From positions 62,001 through 126,000 of the forward strand of contig QPGO01000056.1 of the NCBI GenBank assembly GCA_008632985.1: a stretch of DNA of 64,000 nucleotides, written 5' to 3'. The translations under genes were made by a program, and so were the position numbers. The DNA comes from Psammoneis japonica. Its lineage: Eukaryota. Of the stretch, positions 1-12,446 are shown in pieces. The notes below the pieces were generated by a model. That model had not been told where the DNA came from. It made no database searches and saw only the letters and a program-made list of their open reading frames with translations. Each line of letters starts with the position of its first letter. Within the stretch, counting starts at the first letter, position 1.

Positions 1-2430
1 CAACACAAGTCCTGACGAACTCCAGACCTGCCATGAGTTCACTCACGTGCTCTTGAAAAACATCTGGAGCTCCGCAGATTCTCACAGGCAGCCTGCAGCA
101 CTCATGTTTGCCCCAAGGCATGATGATTGTGCACAAGCAACGTGCGTGCAGAGTTGATTTGATGTGACAGCATCCCATGTTCAAATCAAGTGAAGTGGCA
201 TGCATGAAACCCTTGAGCTTCTGCAGCACATCTTGAACATTGGGTGGAGGAAATGGATCACACATTGACCTCTCATTTGGTTCACAAAAGTCTGATGGGA
301 ACCAAACTTGACCAATTTTCTTTGGCTGAACAAAGGTTGGAGCTGCCCATTTGCAACAATTGATTTTTCTTAAGACCTTTGGCTTGCACAGTCTTTCAAC
401 TTCCTTTCCAGCAGTCACCTCCAAGGCTTGTGATGTGGGAAATGGCTTTGTGTGATGCGGACTTGCACCCGATTTCAACTTGAGATCCACTGGTTTCCCA
501 GTCTGTTTGCCCAGAGAACCATCAAAAAGATCCTCAAATCTTTTTAGAAGAAAGTTCAGTTGTTTTTGCTCCTCTGGAGTTAGATGAGTTGCTGCTGCAG
601 CCACATTGTTGAGGTCAGCAGCATGATGATCTGAGTCAAGGATCCAATTGACTGTGTCATTAAGACCAATCACGGCATGAGATTCCTCAATGTGATTGGC
701 AACAAACTTGAAAACATTGGCATTGAAGAGTGTGTCAATGTTCTTCACAGGTGCAGTTGCTTCTTCCTGTTTGATTTCTTCATTCAAAAAGTCCAATGTG
801 ACTCCAAGACTGGACAACAAGTTGCATCCCATGATCACATCACAACAACTGGAGGAAGAAGGGGTGTTGTCAACATGTGCTGAAGTTTCCATCATCTCAT
901 GTTTGTCAAATTCAAGTGAGGTGAAATGGATTTTACACTGACTGTCAGTCGTGAAGAGTCCTCCTTTGGTTTCCCAAATTTTGGTGGCAGATTCTTTGGT
1001 TCTGAGTTTCCGCGTGAATTTGTGCAAAATTGTTGTTGACGATCTTCCGCTGTCAAGGAGAATGCACAGAGGCTTGTTTTTTCCTTGCCCAAGGATGCAT
1101 TCACATGGGCAATGACTTCTGGACCAGAGTGAATTGCTTTGGCCTTTTTCCTTGTCTTTCTAGCAACATCCAGCAACACACAAGACTCCTCTGGTGGAGT
1201 GAGTCATTCTTCAAAATCGCTGTGGGTCAATTTTTCAAATTGACGGTTTTCCTCACTGAGGGCATCTGAGTCATGATCCTTGCTCTTGCGCTTTGCATCA
1301 TTGTTCGGGCAACTCAACTTGAACATTTTTTGAACTGCCTTGTCAATCATGGCATTCAGCTCTTCTTTGCGAGTGGCGTTTCCATTGTTGCGACATGACC
1401 ATGTGCGATTGCCATTCGAACAATGCCGTTTTTGATCACGCCCACAATTTCCATTGCATTCCTTGGCAAGTTTTTTAATGACCCAGCATTTGTGTGTGTG
1501 TTGTGAGTGTCCTTTTTGCAGCACTTACACCACTTTTCAGGATCATCTCGTTCAGCACCAGATTGGCAACCATTTTTGGAACCATGACTGGATCCATCTT
1601 TGGCTTTTGACCCAGGCTTGCCACTGGCATCAGCCTTGACATTGACAGAGTCAAAGATGTCCTCAGCAACCTCCAGTCACTCCAAGAACTCCACCAACTC
1701 ATCACAGGCATGCTTTAAATTCTTGAAACCTTGAAGAGTCAACTGGCGCTGCCATTTGCATGGCACAAGGTTGTAAAAGACATCCTTGAGCTTGTTGCCC
1801 TTGAGCTTCTGATCTTCTGCAAAGGGAGGACAATGCTTGAGGTCTTCGTTGACTTCTTGGATCCAAGTGGCGATTTCTCGGATCTTCATGGTTTCTGGTT
1901 TCTTGAGATCATGATGTGGATGAAGCTTTTGAATCTGGAGAGTGTTCTTTGGAAATGCGTGCCTTGTGAGGTGTTGCAGACATTTTTTGAAGGCTGCTTT
2001 GCTCTCTTCATCTTCAAGATTTGCAGCGCCATTCTTGAGTGCATGCAGAGCATCTCCTTGCAGCAGCACACACATGAGACAGAACTCATTGGCTTGTTTC
2101 TTGATGTTCTGGCCCACCAAGAGTTGTCTGTGGTGCTTCAAAAATTGGAGGTGCTTGGGAACACCTTGCTTCTTGCAGTGCTTGACATTGATGGTGTGAA
2201 TGCAACAACTGTCTGTCTTGTCTGGATGAAAACACTGCTCCATCTTGAGACACTGGCTTGGTTTGAGCATCTTTGGCTTGGAGATCAAATCCAAGGGCTG
2301 AGGAACAATTTTCTCCTGCCTTGAGAAAGACTTGGAGTTGGCGGCATGAGGCGAAAGCTTCATTTTTGTTTCTTTTGCCTTCTGTGGTGTGCACACACAA
2401 TGCACTGTGCTCGAAGAACGAGCATCATCA
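1..2430 (-). mobile_element. Ty3/Gypsy LTR retrotransposon, degenerate (gag, protease, N-terminal RT; runs off the window's left edge)
   Basis: Gag ATG at 2363 (MKLSPHAANSKS...), CX2CX4HX4C knuckle (KWCKCCKKDTHNTHKC, ~1490-1535), protease LLDSG (~1045-1062), RT motifs LQKLKGFMHATSLDLNMGCCHI and MPWG (110-235). Colinear with the plus-strand copy at 49.9-54.2 kb. Confidence 0.93.
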
Positions 2431-3154
2431 GAGACCCATGGAAAAGGCCTTGAGTCACAAGTCATCAAACCCCACCATCTCATGGCGTGCACGTGCACGC
2501 CTAGATTGGTGGACCCCCTCCAGATTAAAATCGACATTCACTCATTGCAAAGACAACATTTTTGTTTGTTTTCAATTTGCAGATCAGGCATGGGATGTCA
2601 TGCATTTGTTGCTCCACAAAACATTTTGTTTGAGGTGGGCTGTCGGCCCATTTTTTTTTCGCACGTCTTTTCCGGGTTTTTGCGCATTTTTGACGGGTCG
2701 CGACAGAAAACAACACGACAAAAGCACAAGCGACAATGATGATGTTCGCAACGAGTGGTGAGTTGCAAAGCATCACCTCACGAGGGACCCTCATTGGTTT
2801 TGTTGTCGTCATGCAGTGCAGATTGATTTGTGTGCTTTCGTCCCTCGTGCCACTGGGCCAATTTTGAGAGACAGCACAATTGCCGTCATCGTCGTGCTTC
2901 GATCGCGGTGCCTGATGTTCTCGTTTTTGTGGGCGATCGAACAATTCTTGCATTTAAAACCAACAATTGCAAACAAACGCATTCAAACACATTGCCAATT
3001 TTAGGACAAATGTGGAAAAAACATGTCGGTGGTCCCCCTTGAGGCTGGGAACCCCCTTGTGTTTTCGACATGTGTTTGTAAAAAGCATCAAAAACAACCA
3101 ATCTTTTGATCATTTGTGGTGCAATTGTGGAAAAAATGTCCCAACGCGTTCGGC

Positions 3155-3353
3155 GCTCACCGTGCAAACAACACGACAATGGCCGAAATGCCGTTCGTTC
3201 TCGAAAACTCAGTGGGGCAGCCTCCAACTTTTTTCAGAGTGTGTCATGTTTGACATGGGCAACAAACTTGTGAAGAAAGTTGGAGGCCTCCCCATCTCCA
3301 TTGCGCTCAATGAACGGCATTTCAGCCATTGTCGTGTTGTTTGCACGGTGAGC
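3155..3353. repeat. 45-bp inverted repeat with ~110-bp spacer (second copy at ~7469-7666)
   Basis: gctcaccgtgcaaacaacacgacaatggccgaaatgccgttcgtt (3155-3199) versus its near-perfect reverse complement at 3309-3353. Confidence 0.85.
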
Positions 3354-5883
3354 TCAGAATTCGCGCTCAAGCTGTTTGAGCGTTTTCCACAAATCTCACG
3401 CATTCGCAAAAAATGCTGTTTCATTTCATCCGTTTTTCTGGTGAAATTTCCAAAGTTCCCCCGAAAACAAGGGATTTCCCACCCTTGGGTTTGCATTTGT
3501 CAACTTGAGCACCAAAATGCCAAGTCACACGGCCACATCATTCCCTCAACTGAGGACAATTGCATTTCATTCCAGCTTAAAAAACATTCATTTTCATGTT
3601 GCACGTGGCATTTCTTTTGCCAAAATTTCTGCATTTCCGTCCTCATGATGGATGTTGACAATTCCGCGAAATTTTCCACCATTTTCTGCTTCCCCTCCGA
3701 AACCTCCTCCTCTCTGCCGAACCACAATCTTTCATTTGCACCATTCCCCTGAGCCATCATGTTTGGGGCATTTGTCCCTTCCACTTGTGATCTGCGGGTC
3801 CAATCCCCCATGTTTTGGTGAATCAGCGCAGAGCCACAAAAGCAGCATGATGAGAAGTCCATGGGTTTCTGTGTCCTCTGTTCATGCCGCAATCGCCCAT
3901 GGCGGTTTGTCTCTCCCGCCGTTGCGACCATGCCCCGTCTCAAAGTCACACCCAAGTGAAAGCAACGTGTCTCTCTTCTTGCTCTGAATCATTTGGGGAT
4001 GACACCGAATGTGAAACTCACCCATCGCACCGCTTTGTCACGTCTCCAGACCACAACGGCTTGCTCAATGATGTTTTTTCGACATCCAACATGGCAGCAA
4101 ACCTCTCCAATGACGTCAATCTTAGCTCTGACGATGCCTCCGATGGCAACAACTTGTCTGCTCAAGACCTTGATGGTTGTGCCAGTGATCTTTCTTTTCC
4201 CAACGAAGATGATGCAGGTGTCGATTCTTTAGACGGAGGCAATGTTTCTGTTCTTGACAACCACACCAAAGTGTGCACAAATGGCATTGAAGGCACCTGC
4301 GTGACGAAGTCCCAACTTAAAAAAAATCATCAAGATGCAGCACCACCATCAGAAGTTCATCAAGACTCACAAATGGACACCCTCCGCTGATCTCATTGCC
4401 CTGCCCTTCGTTCATTGTAACTGCCAGAATTGAGTCTCCCATTTCTTCATGGAAGTGTTGATGGTCAATGATGTGGTTGCCCATTCTCTTGGCTGCAAAG
4501 ATGGCTTTCATTGTGTAAAAAGTCGTGGCTGGATGTGTTCTTGTTGCAAAGATGGGAGGCATGTTCTGGAGTGCTGCAAGCTGGCCAAAACATTTTCCAA
4601 TCTTTCCTGATTCAGCAAACATCTCCGTGCAATCATTGACGATTTGTGCAAGATGACAGCAAGCTAACAAATTGGCAATGACCCTTGCTTCCTTTGGCTC
4701 AACAGCTTCAGATCCAAATTGGATTTTTTGCACAATGCCTGAGCATCGCTGTCACCATGACAGACTGTTGCTTTCTCCCTCACGTCGACAAAGAGTCAGG
4801 CAATTTTTGATGCTGGTCGACCATTGTTTTTTCTGGCTGCAAAAAGAGGAAACAGTTTGTGCTGTTTTGCAATGATGTTTTGACCCTGATGAACACAGAT
4901 CAGAAGTTGAAGGATGGGAAGGTTGTCAAGAAGATCCTCGTTGATCATCTGGAATGTGTCAAGGCTTGCGTCAACACTCATGCCATGGCAAAAGGCATGG
5001 CACAAAAACACCAAGAGTTGGTTGAACATGAGCTCCATTCCACCTTCAAGCACTCCTGCAAGGACACAAATTGTCTCAAGTTCCGCAACCTGGCAATTGT
5101 GCGATCACGTGTCAGCAATCTCATGCATCCATGCCTTTCCCATGAGGCCAAGGCAAAGTTTGTTTCTTCCACCAAGAGGAGAAAGAAGAGCAAGGAGTCC
5201 TCCAGTGTGTCTCTGCTGGTTCTCCAGCACCTCCGCCCACTTCATCCAAGAAAGACACCAACCAGAATCCTGTTGCTCCATCAGCACACTTGCCTCCCAG
5301 TTGCAACCCTGACAACAAAGTCAAGGCATTGTCGGATGGAGAGTTGCCATCGGCGGGTGAATCATTGACTGATGACAACCCCATCCAAAATGTTCCCAAT
5401 GCCAGTGCTGTGGGTCCATCCCTGGGAGGAGTTGCTTCTTCAGCATCTCCATTGAAGCCAAGCACATCGGCCAGCACCACAACTTCCTTGTCAATTGAAG
5501 ACTGGTTCCCCCATGGTCTTTGTTGCCGCTTTGCGTCCCTTGCTGATGTCTCAAGGCATGCTCCTCGCGTTTGTGTTTTTTATGATCCAGACGATGATGA
5601 TGATGACAGCGAGCAATCTGCCAATCGTGAGCCAAACCTGTGTCATTCTCCAGCAGACCATTGCTCACTTGACGATCTGCAACATCATCTCCATTCCTTT
5701 GTGATGACGCAACCACTTCCTTCTGCCACAAATCATGATCGGGAGCTGGCGGTTGTCCCACCCAGAGCTCAACACATTCAGGGTGACGCTGCCATTTTGC
5801 GATTGTCCTCATGTCTTTGGCAGAAACACTTTGGATCTCTGCAAGTTGATGTCAGCATGATTGCCTGTTTTGTGCTTGAACAC

Positions 5884-6320
5884 AGCTTTGCTCTCTTCAT
5901 CTTCAAGATTTGCAGTGCCATTCTTGAGTGCATGCAGAGCATCTCCTTGCAGCAGCACACACATGAGACAGAACTCATTGGCTTGTTTCTTGATGTTCTG
6001 GCCCACCAAGAGTTGTTTGCGGTGCTTCAAAAATTGGAGGTGCTTGGGAACACCTTGCTTCTTGCAGTGCTTGACATTGATGGTGTGAGTGCGACAACTG
6101 TCTGTCTTGTCTGGATGAAAACACTGCTCCATCTTGAGACACTGGCTTGGTTTGAGCATCTTTGGCTTGGAGATCAAATCCAAGGGCTGAGGAACAATTT
6201 TCTCCTGCCTTGAGAAAGACTTGGAGTTGGCAACATGAGGCAAAAGCTTCGTTTTCGTTTCTTTTGCCTTCTGTGGTGTGCACACACAATGCACTGTGCT
6301 CAAAGAACGAGCATCATCAG
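5884..6320 (-). mobile_element. Duplicated 5' gag fragment of the Ty3/Gypsy element
   Basis: ORF 5809-6381 is nearly identical to the N-terminal part of ORF 1677-2537. Confidence 0.9.
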
Positions 6321-6755
6321 AGACCCATGGAAAAGGCCTTGAGTCACAAGTCATCAAACCCCACCATCTCATGGTGTGCACGTGCGCGCCTAGATTGGTG
6401 GACCCCCTCCAGATTAAAATTGACTTTCATTCATTGCAAAGACAACATTTTTGTTCATTTTCAATTTGCAGATCAGGCGTGGGATGTCATGCATTTGTTG
6501 CTCCACAAAACATTTTGTTTGAGGCGGGCCGTCGGCCCATTTTTTTCGCATGTCTTTTCTGGGTTTTTACGTGTTTTTGACGGGTCGCGACAGAAAACAA
6601 CATGACAAAAGCACGAGCGACAATGATGATGTTCGCGACAAGCGGTGAGTTGCAAAGCATCACCTCACGAGGGACACTCATTGGTTTTGTTGTCGTCATG
6701 CAGTGCAGATTGATTTGTGTGCTTTCATCCCTCGTGCCACTGGGCCAATTTTGAG

Positions 6756-7174
6756 CAGTGTCAACCAATTGCTGGGATCGACTGCAATCAGCCTCACTTT
6801 GATTGCAGTTGCAATTGCAAACTCGATTGCAGTGACCTGATTGTCAGGAAAGAGCCAAGGTCGCAATCACAGTCGACTGTTGCAGTCGATTGCAGTCAAA
6901 ATTCAAGCTCTTTTTTTAGCTAAAATCAGTGAAATGGCTCGATTCTTTGCCTGCGGCGGGCTTTTCTCCTGTGCGGAGTGCGCTCTTGCGCAGAGAGCGC
7001 CCCTGTGTGGGGGGCATGCCTGGCCGGCGGGGCGACTGCAGCCACGATTGCAATCTGTTCGTCAGACCGCGCAATCGCTGCGTGATTGCAGTTGACCAAT
7101 TGCTGTTCCACAGCGATGCAATCGACTGACTGCAATCTGATTGCTGCAGAAAACTTTGCAATTGGTTGACCCTG
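6756..7174. mobile_element. hAT-superfamily MITE (419 bp)
   Basis: 17-bp TIRs cagtgtcaaccaattgc / gcaattggttgaccctg (1 mismatch). 8-bp TSD attttgag at 6748-6755 and 7175-7182. The empty site with a single attttgag is at 2861-2868. Many subterminal gattgca/tgcaatc motifs. Confidence 0.93.
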
Positions 7175-10100
7175 ATTTTGAGAGATGGCACAATTGCCGT
7201 CATCGTCGTGCTTCGATCACGGTGCCTGATGTTCTCGTTTTCGTGGGCGATCGAACAATTCTTGCATTTTAAATTGACGATTACAAACAAACGCATTCAA
7301 ACACATTGCCAATTTTAGGATAAATGCGGAAAAAACATGTCGGCGGTCCCCCTTGAGGCTGGGAACCCCCTTGTGTTTTTGACATGTGTTTGTAAAAAGC
7401 ATCAAAAATGACCAATCTTTTAATCATTTATGACGCAATTATGGAAAAAATGTCCCAACGCGTTCGGCGCTCACCATGCAAACAACACGACAATGGCCGA
7501 AATGCCGTTCGTTCTCGAAAACTCAGTGGGGCAGCCTCCAACTTTTTTCAGAGTACATCGCGTTTGACATGGGCAACAAACTTGTGAAGAAAGTTGGAGG
7601 CCTCCCCATCTCCATTGCGTTCAACGAACGGCATTTCAGCCATTGTCGTGTTGTTTGCACGGTGAGCTCAGAATTCGCGCTCAAGCCGTTTGAGCGTTTT
7701 TCCATAAATCGCACGCATTCGCAAAAAATGCTGTTTTATTTTATCCGTTTTTCCAGTGAAATTTCCAAAATTCCCCCGAAAACAAAGGGATTTCCCACCC
7801 TTAATTTGCATTTGTCAACTTGAGCACCAAAATGCCAAGTCACACGGCCACATCATTCCCTCAACTGAGGACAATTGCATTTCATTCCAGCTTAAAAACA
7901 TTCATTTTCATGTTGCATGTGGCATTTCTTTTGCCAAAATTTCTGCATTTCCGTCCTCATGATGGATGTTGACAATTCCGCAAAATTTTCCACCATTTTC
8001 TGCTTCCCCTCCGAAACCCCCTCCTCTCCGCCGAATCACAATCTTCCATTTGCACCATTCCCCTGAGCCATCATGTTTGGGGCATTTGTCCCTTCCACTT
8101 GTGATCTGCGGGTCCAATCCCCCATGTTTTGGTGAGTCAGCGCAGAGCCACAAAAGCAGCATGATGAGAAGTCCATGGGTTTCTGTGTCCTCTGTTCATG
8201 CCGCGATCGCCCATGGCGGTTTGTCTCTCCCGCAGTTGCGACCATGCCCCGTCTCAAAGTCACACCCAAGTGAAAGCAACGTGTCTCTCTTCTTGCTCTG
8301 AATCATTTGGGGATGACACCGAATGTGAAACTCGCCCATCGCACCGCTTTGTCACGTCTCCAGACCACAACGGCTTGCTCAATGATGTTTTTTCGACATC
8401 CAACATGGCAGCAAACCTCTCCAATGATGTCAATCTTAGCTCTGACGATGCCTCCAATGGCAACAACTTGTCTGCTCAAGACCTTGATGGTTGTGCCAGT
8501 GATCTTTCTTTTCCCAATGAAGATGATGCAGGCGCCGATTCTTTGGACGGAGGCAATGTTTCTGTTCTTGACAACCACACCAAAGTGTGCACAAATGGCA
8601 TTGAAGGCACCTGCGTGACGAAGTCCCAATTAAAAAAAAAATCATCAAGATGCAGCACCACCATCAGATGTTCATCAAGACTCACAAATGGACACCCTCT
8701 GCTGATCTCATTGCCCTGCCCTTTGTTCATTGTAACCACCAGAATTGAGCCTCCCATTTCTTCATGGAAGTGTTGATGGTCAACGATGTGGTTGCCCATT
8801 CTCTTGGCTGCAAAGATGGCTTTCATTGTGCAAAAAGTCATGGCTGGATGTGTTCTTGTTGCAAAGATGGGAGGCATGTTCTGGAGTGCTGCAAGCTGGC
8901 CAAAACATTTTCCAATCTTTCCTGATTCAGCAAACATCTCCGTGCAATCATTGACGATTTGTGCAAGATGACAGCAAGCGAACGAATTGGCAATGACCCT
9001 TGCTTCCTTTGGCTCAACAGCTTCAGATCCAAATTGGATTTTTTGCACAATGCCTGAGCATCGCTGTCACCATGACAGACTGTTGCTTTCTCCCTCATGT
9101 CAACAAAGAGTTTGGCAATTTTTGATGCTGGTCGACCATTGTTTTTTCCGGCTGCAAAAAGAGGAAACAGTTTGTGCTGTTTTGCAATGATGTTTTGACC
9201 CTGATGAACACAGATCAGAAGTTGAAGGATGGGAAGGTTGTCAAGAAGATCCTCGTTGATCATCTGGAATGTGTCAAGGCTTGCGTCAACACTCATGCCA
9301 TGGCAAAAGGCATGGCACAAAAACACCAAGAGTTGGTTGAACATGAGCTCCATTCCACCTTCAAGTGCTCCTGCAAGGACACAAATTGTCTCAAGTTCCG
9401 CAACCTGGCAATTGTGCAATCACGTGTCAGCAATCTCATGCATCCATGCCTTTCCCATGAGGCCAAGGCAAAGTTTGTTTCTTCCACCAAGAGGAGGAAG
9501 AAGAGCAAGGAGCCCTCCAGTGTGTCTCTGCTGGTTTTCCAGCACCTCCGCCCACTTCATCCAAGAAAGACACCAACCAGAATCCTGTTGCTCCATCAGC
9601 ACACTTGCCTCCCAGTTGCAACCCTGACAACAAAGTCAAGGCATTGTCGGATGGAGAGTTGCCATCGGCGGGTGAATCATTGACTGATGACAACCCCATC
9701 CAAAATGTTCCCAATGCCAGTGCTGTGGGTCCATCCCTGGGAGGAGTTGCTTCTTCAGCATCTCCATTGAAGCCAAGCACATCGGCCAGCACCACAACTT
9801 CCTTGTCAATTGAAGACTGGTTCCCCCATGGTCTTTGTTGCCGCTTGGCATCCCTTGCTGATGTCTCAAGGCATGCTCCTTGCGTTTGTGTTTTTTATGA
9901 TCCAGACGACAATGATGATGACAATGAGCAATCTGCCAATCGTGAGCCAAGCCTGTGTCATTCTCCAGCAGACCATTGCTCACTTGACGATCTGCGACAT
10001 CATCTCCATTCCTTTGTGATGACGCAACCACTTCCTTCTGCCACAAATCATGACCGGGAGCTGGTGGTTGTCCCACCCAGAGCTCAACACATTCAGGGTG

Positions 10101-10859
10101 ACACTGCCATTTTGCGCTTGTCCTCACGTCTTTGGCAGAAACACTTTGGATCTCTGCAAGTTGATGTCAGCATGATTGCCTGTTTTGTGCTTGAACACGG
10201 CTGTTCCAATCCAAACCATGACAAGAAGATCAAGCGCTGCAAGAAACACAACAATGATCGGTCCAAGCAGCCAGAGAAATGGGGCCGGATCGATTGTGGC
10301 TGCCAGGGAACATTTTGTAAAGAGAGGAATCGTCATCGTCATGCTCATTGTCATTGCAACCCTTGTCTTCCTCTTCCTCCTCTTCCTCCTCCTCCTGTGG
10401 AAAGCTGGGTGAGTTGTCATCTCTGTTGAGGTCCGTGCTGCGATTCAGTGCTTTGTCATTCTCAGATGCAGAAATGGACAACTTACAAGCAATTTGCTGC
10501 TCTTGGAATGCAAAAACGGCGGCTTGCAACAACTGGCTCAATTGAGTTGTGGCAGACGCACGAGGACGGGCTACATTTTGTGAGTGGTGGCAGCAATGGT
10601 GGCAAACAGGCATGCCAAGCTAAGAGTGTGATTGGAGACAAGGAAGGCAAAGATGCATGATGAGACAATTGGATGCTTGTTCACAACCATTTGTTGGCAT
10701 GCAGGTGTTGGATTGATTTTTGAATCAAATTGTTGAGTGTGCACCTGGTTGATTTTTGAGTGGGAGACACTTGGCATGGTGGCAATTTCCACCAGAGGGT
10801 TGGCCACAGGGAGGCAATTGGACATGAGGGCACACACATGTTTGGAAATTAAAGATGAC

Positions 10860-12446
10860 AATTTTTGAATTGGAGAGAGGATCCATTAAAATTTCAATGC
10901 AGATGTCCAGCCAAAGAAAGAAACACTGGTGAAAGACGCTGTTCAGGTGAGTGGAAATTTACACAGGAAAATGGAAAAGGACAACCGTCACCCGCACGTC
11001 ATCCGCAAGACTCAACCACATCCATCAACACACTTCCATGTGCTTCAGGACACACCAGAAACAAACACAGTGGCAGCAGCAGAGGACGATGGTGCATGTG
11101 GAGCGGGAACCAAGCTCAACCAAGTGGATGGTGGACCAGGCCAAGGTGATGGAAGACATGGCAAAGGTGAGTGAACATGTGAAGGAAACATTGTTCCTCA
11201 GTGTCACACTCACATTCGATGAAAAGGAAATGGAGGAAACGGGCATGCTCTGCCAAGATTGTGAACAGAGTTGCGGCCCCAAGATGATGCATGGCCTGCT
11301 GAATGAACTGCTTGAGGCAGAGCAAAAAACAAACCTGCAACATCTGTGGCTTGCAATGAAACAAAAAAAGATGTGTCAGGAGTGGCTGTGCACCAGGTGC
11401 AGCAGGACAAGTTCCACGGTGAGTGATGATGGAGTGTGCAACAAGAACAGCCAATGGGATTGCTGACAGTGTCGTCACTTGCTTTTCCTGCTGTGAGCAA
11501 AGCTCTTTGTGCACACTGCAAAGAGAAGAATTGCATCTTGCCATCACCAGAAAGATTCCAAGATTGCTTGGGAAACCTGGCTTTGTAGACAGTGTTCCAT
11601 GACTGCATGCTTCATCTGATTGTTGGAGACGCACACTGGAAAGAGTGCATTTCCAAGAATGAGAGGATGGGCACAGCGTGCGCTGAGGCGTTTGCTCACA
11701 TGCTCCTCAAGAACAACTGTGATGCGTGGCATGCTGAGCACAAGAGCTGAAACAAGGAAGGGAATTTGATGACGGATTGTGACGTGGAGTTGGTTGATGA
11801 TGGAGGAGGCAAGGACTTGTGTGAGATGATCATGCCAGACATCACGACAGCAGAAGAGAAGGATGGCCAGGACCAGAGCAAGTTTGTGCTGCTCCAAAAA
11901 GATCCACAAGAAGAAGAGATGTTGGAGGAGGAAGGTCCATCAGCACAAGAACTGAAGCAGAAGTTTGAGAACACAAGGGAAGAGTCCATCATGAAACGTG
12001 ATGCCATGTTCAAGAAGATCAGAGAAGAGCCAAATGCTGCACTGCAAGTGATGGCTCTGACCGAGACTACGAAAGGGCTTGTTAACATCCAAAACGATGC
12101 AGATGCATCCAGCAAAAAGAGAAAGGTTGTCAGGAACCTCAAGCATTTCACAGCAGCAAAGCCAAAAAACTCGGATGGAAACCTGGGACCGTGGAAGCAC
12201 AAGACACCAAGGAAGAGCAAAGGGTGGTTGCCAAAGGCCAACAAGTTCTTTGTTGACATGGTCAAGGAGATCAAGCAAGATGTTGCAAGCAGATGCCTGG
12301 GCCGGTGGGAAGAGCTCTGCAGAGCTGTTGCGACCAAGCAAGATCAACGGGCGGCAGAAGAAGCACAGGACGGCAGCTCGGATGATGAAGATGACCAACA
12401 GGTCAACTGTGCCAAAGTGTGCAAACTGGAGTTGGTGGCGGTTTAG
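10860..12446 (+). pseudogene. Degenerate TE-associated ORF with EAFAxxLLKNN...GW motifs (family unassigned)
   Basis: GTACAEAFAHMLLKNNCDAW at ~11670-11730 and KGWLPKANKFFVDMVKEIKQD in ORF 11766-12446. Same motif layout as ORF 46896-47516. Frameshifted. Confidence 0.5.

Larger units (their letters stand above)
1996..10203. repeat. Tandem segmental duplication of ~3.9 kb (unit 1 ~1996-5886; unit 2 ~5887-10203, which carries an extra 419-bp MITE)
   Basis: At ~5884 the sequence jumps back to that of ~1996 (gctttgctctcttcatcttcaagat). The ORF sets are duplicated (3652/7966, 3884/8198, 4859/9174, 5290/9605). Homology ends at ttgaacacagct (5876-5887) versus ttgaacacggct (10191-10202). Confidence 0.92.

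Noticed and set aside
6780..7150. CRISPR-like array suggested by recurring gattgcagt motifs
   Set aside because: The motifs are short, irregularly spaced, in both orientations and inside hAT TIRs, so they are subterminal repeats. The context is eukaryotic.
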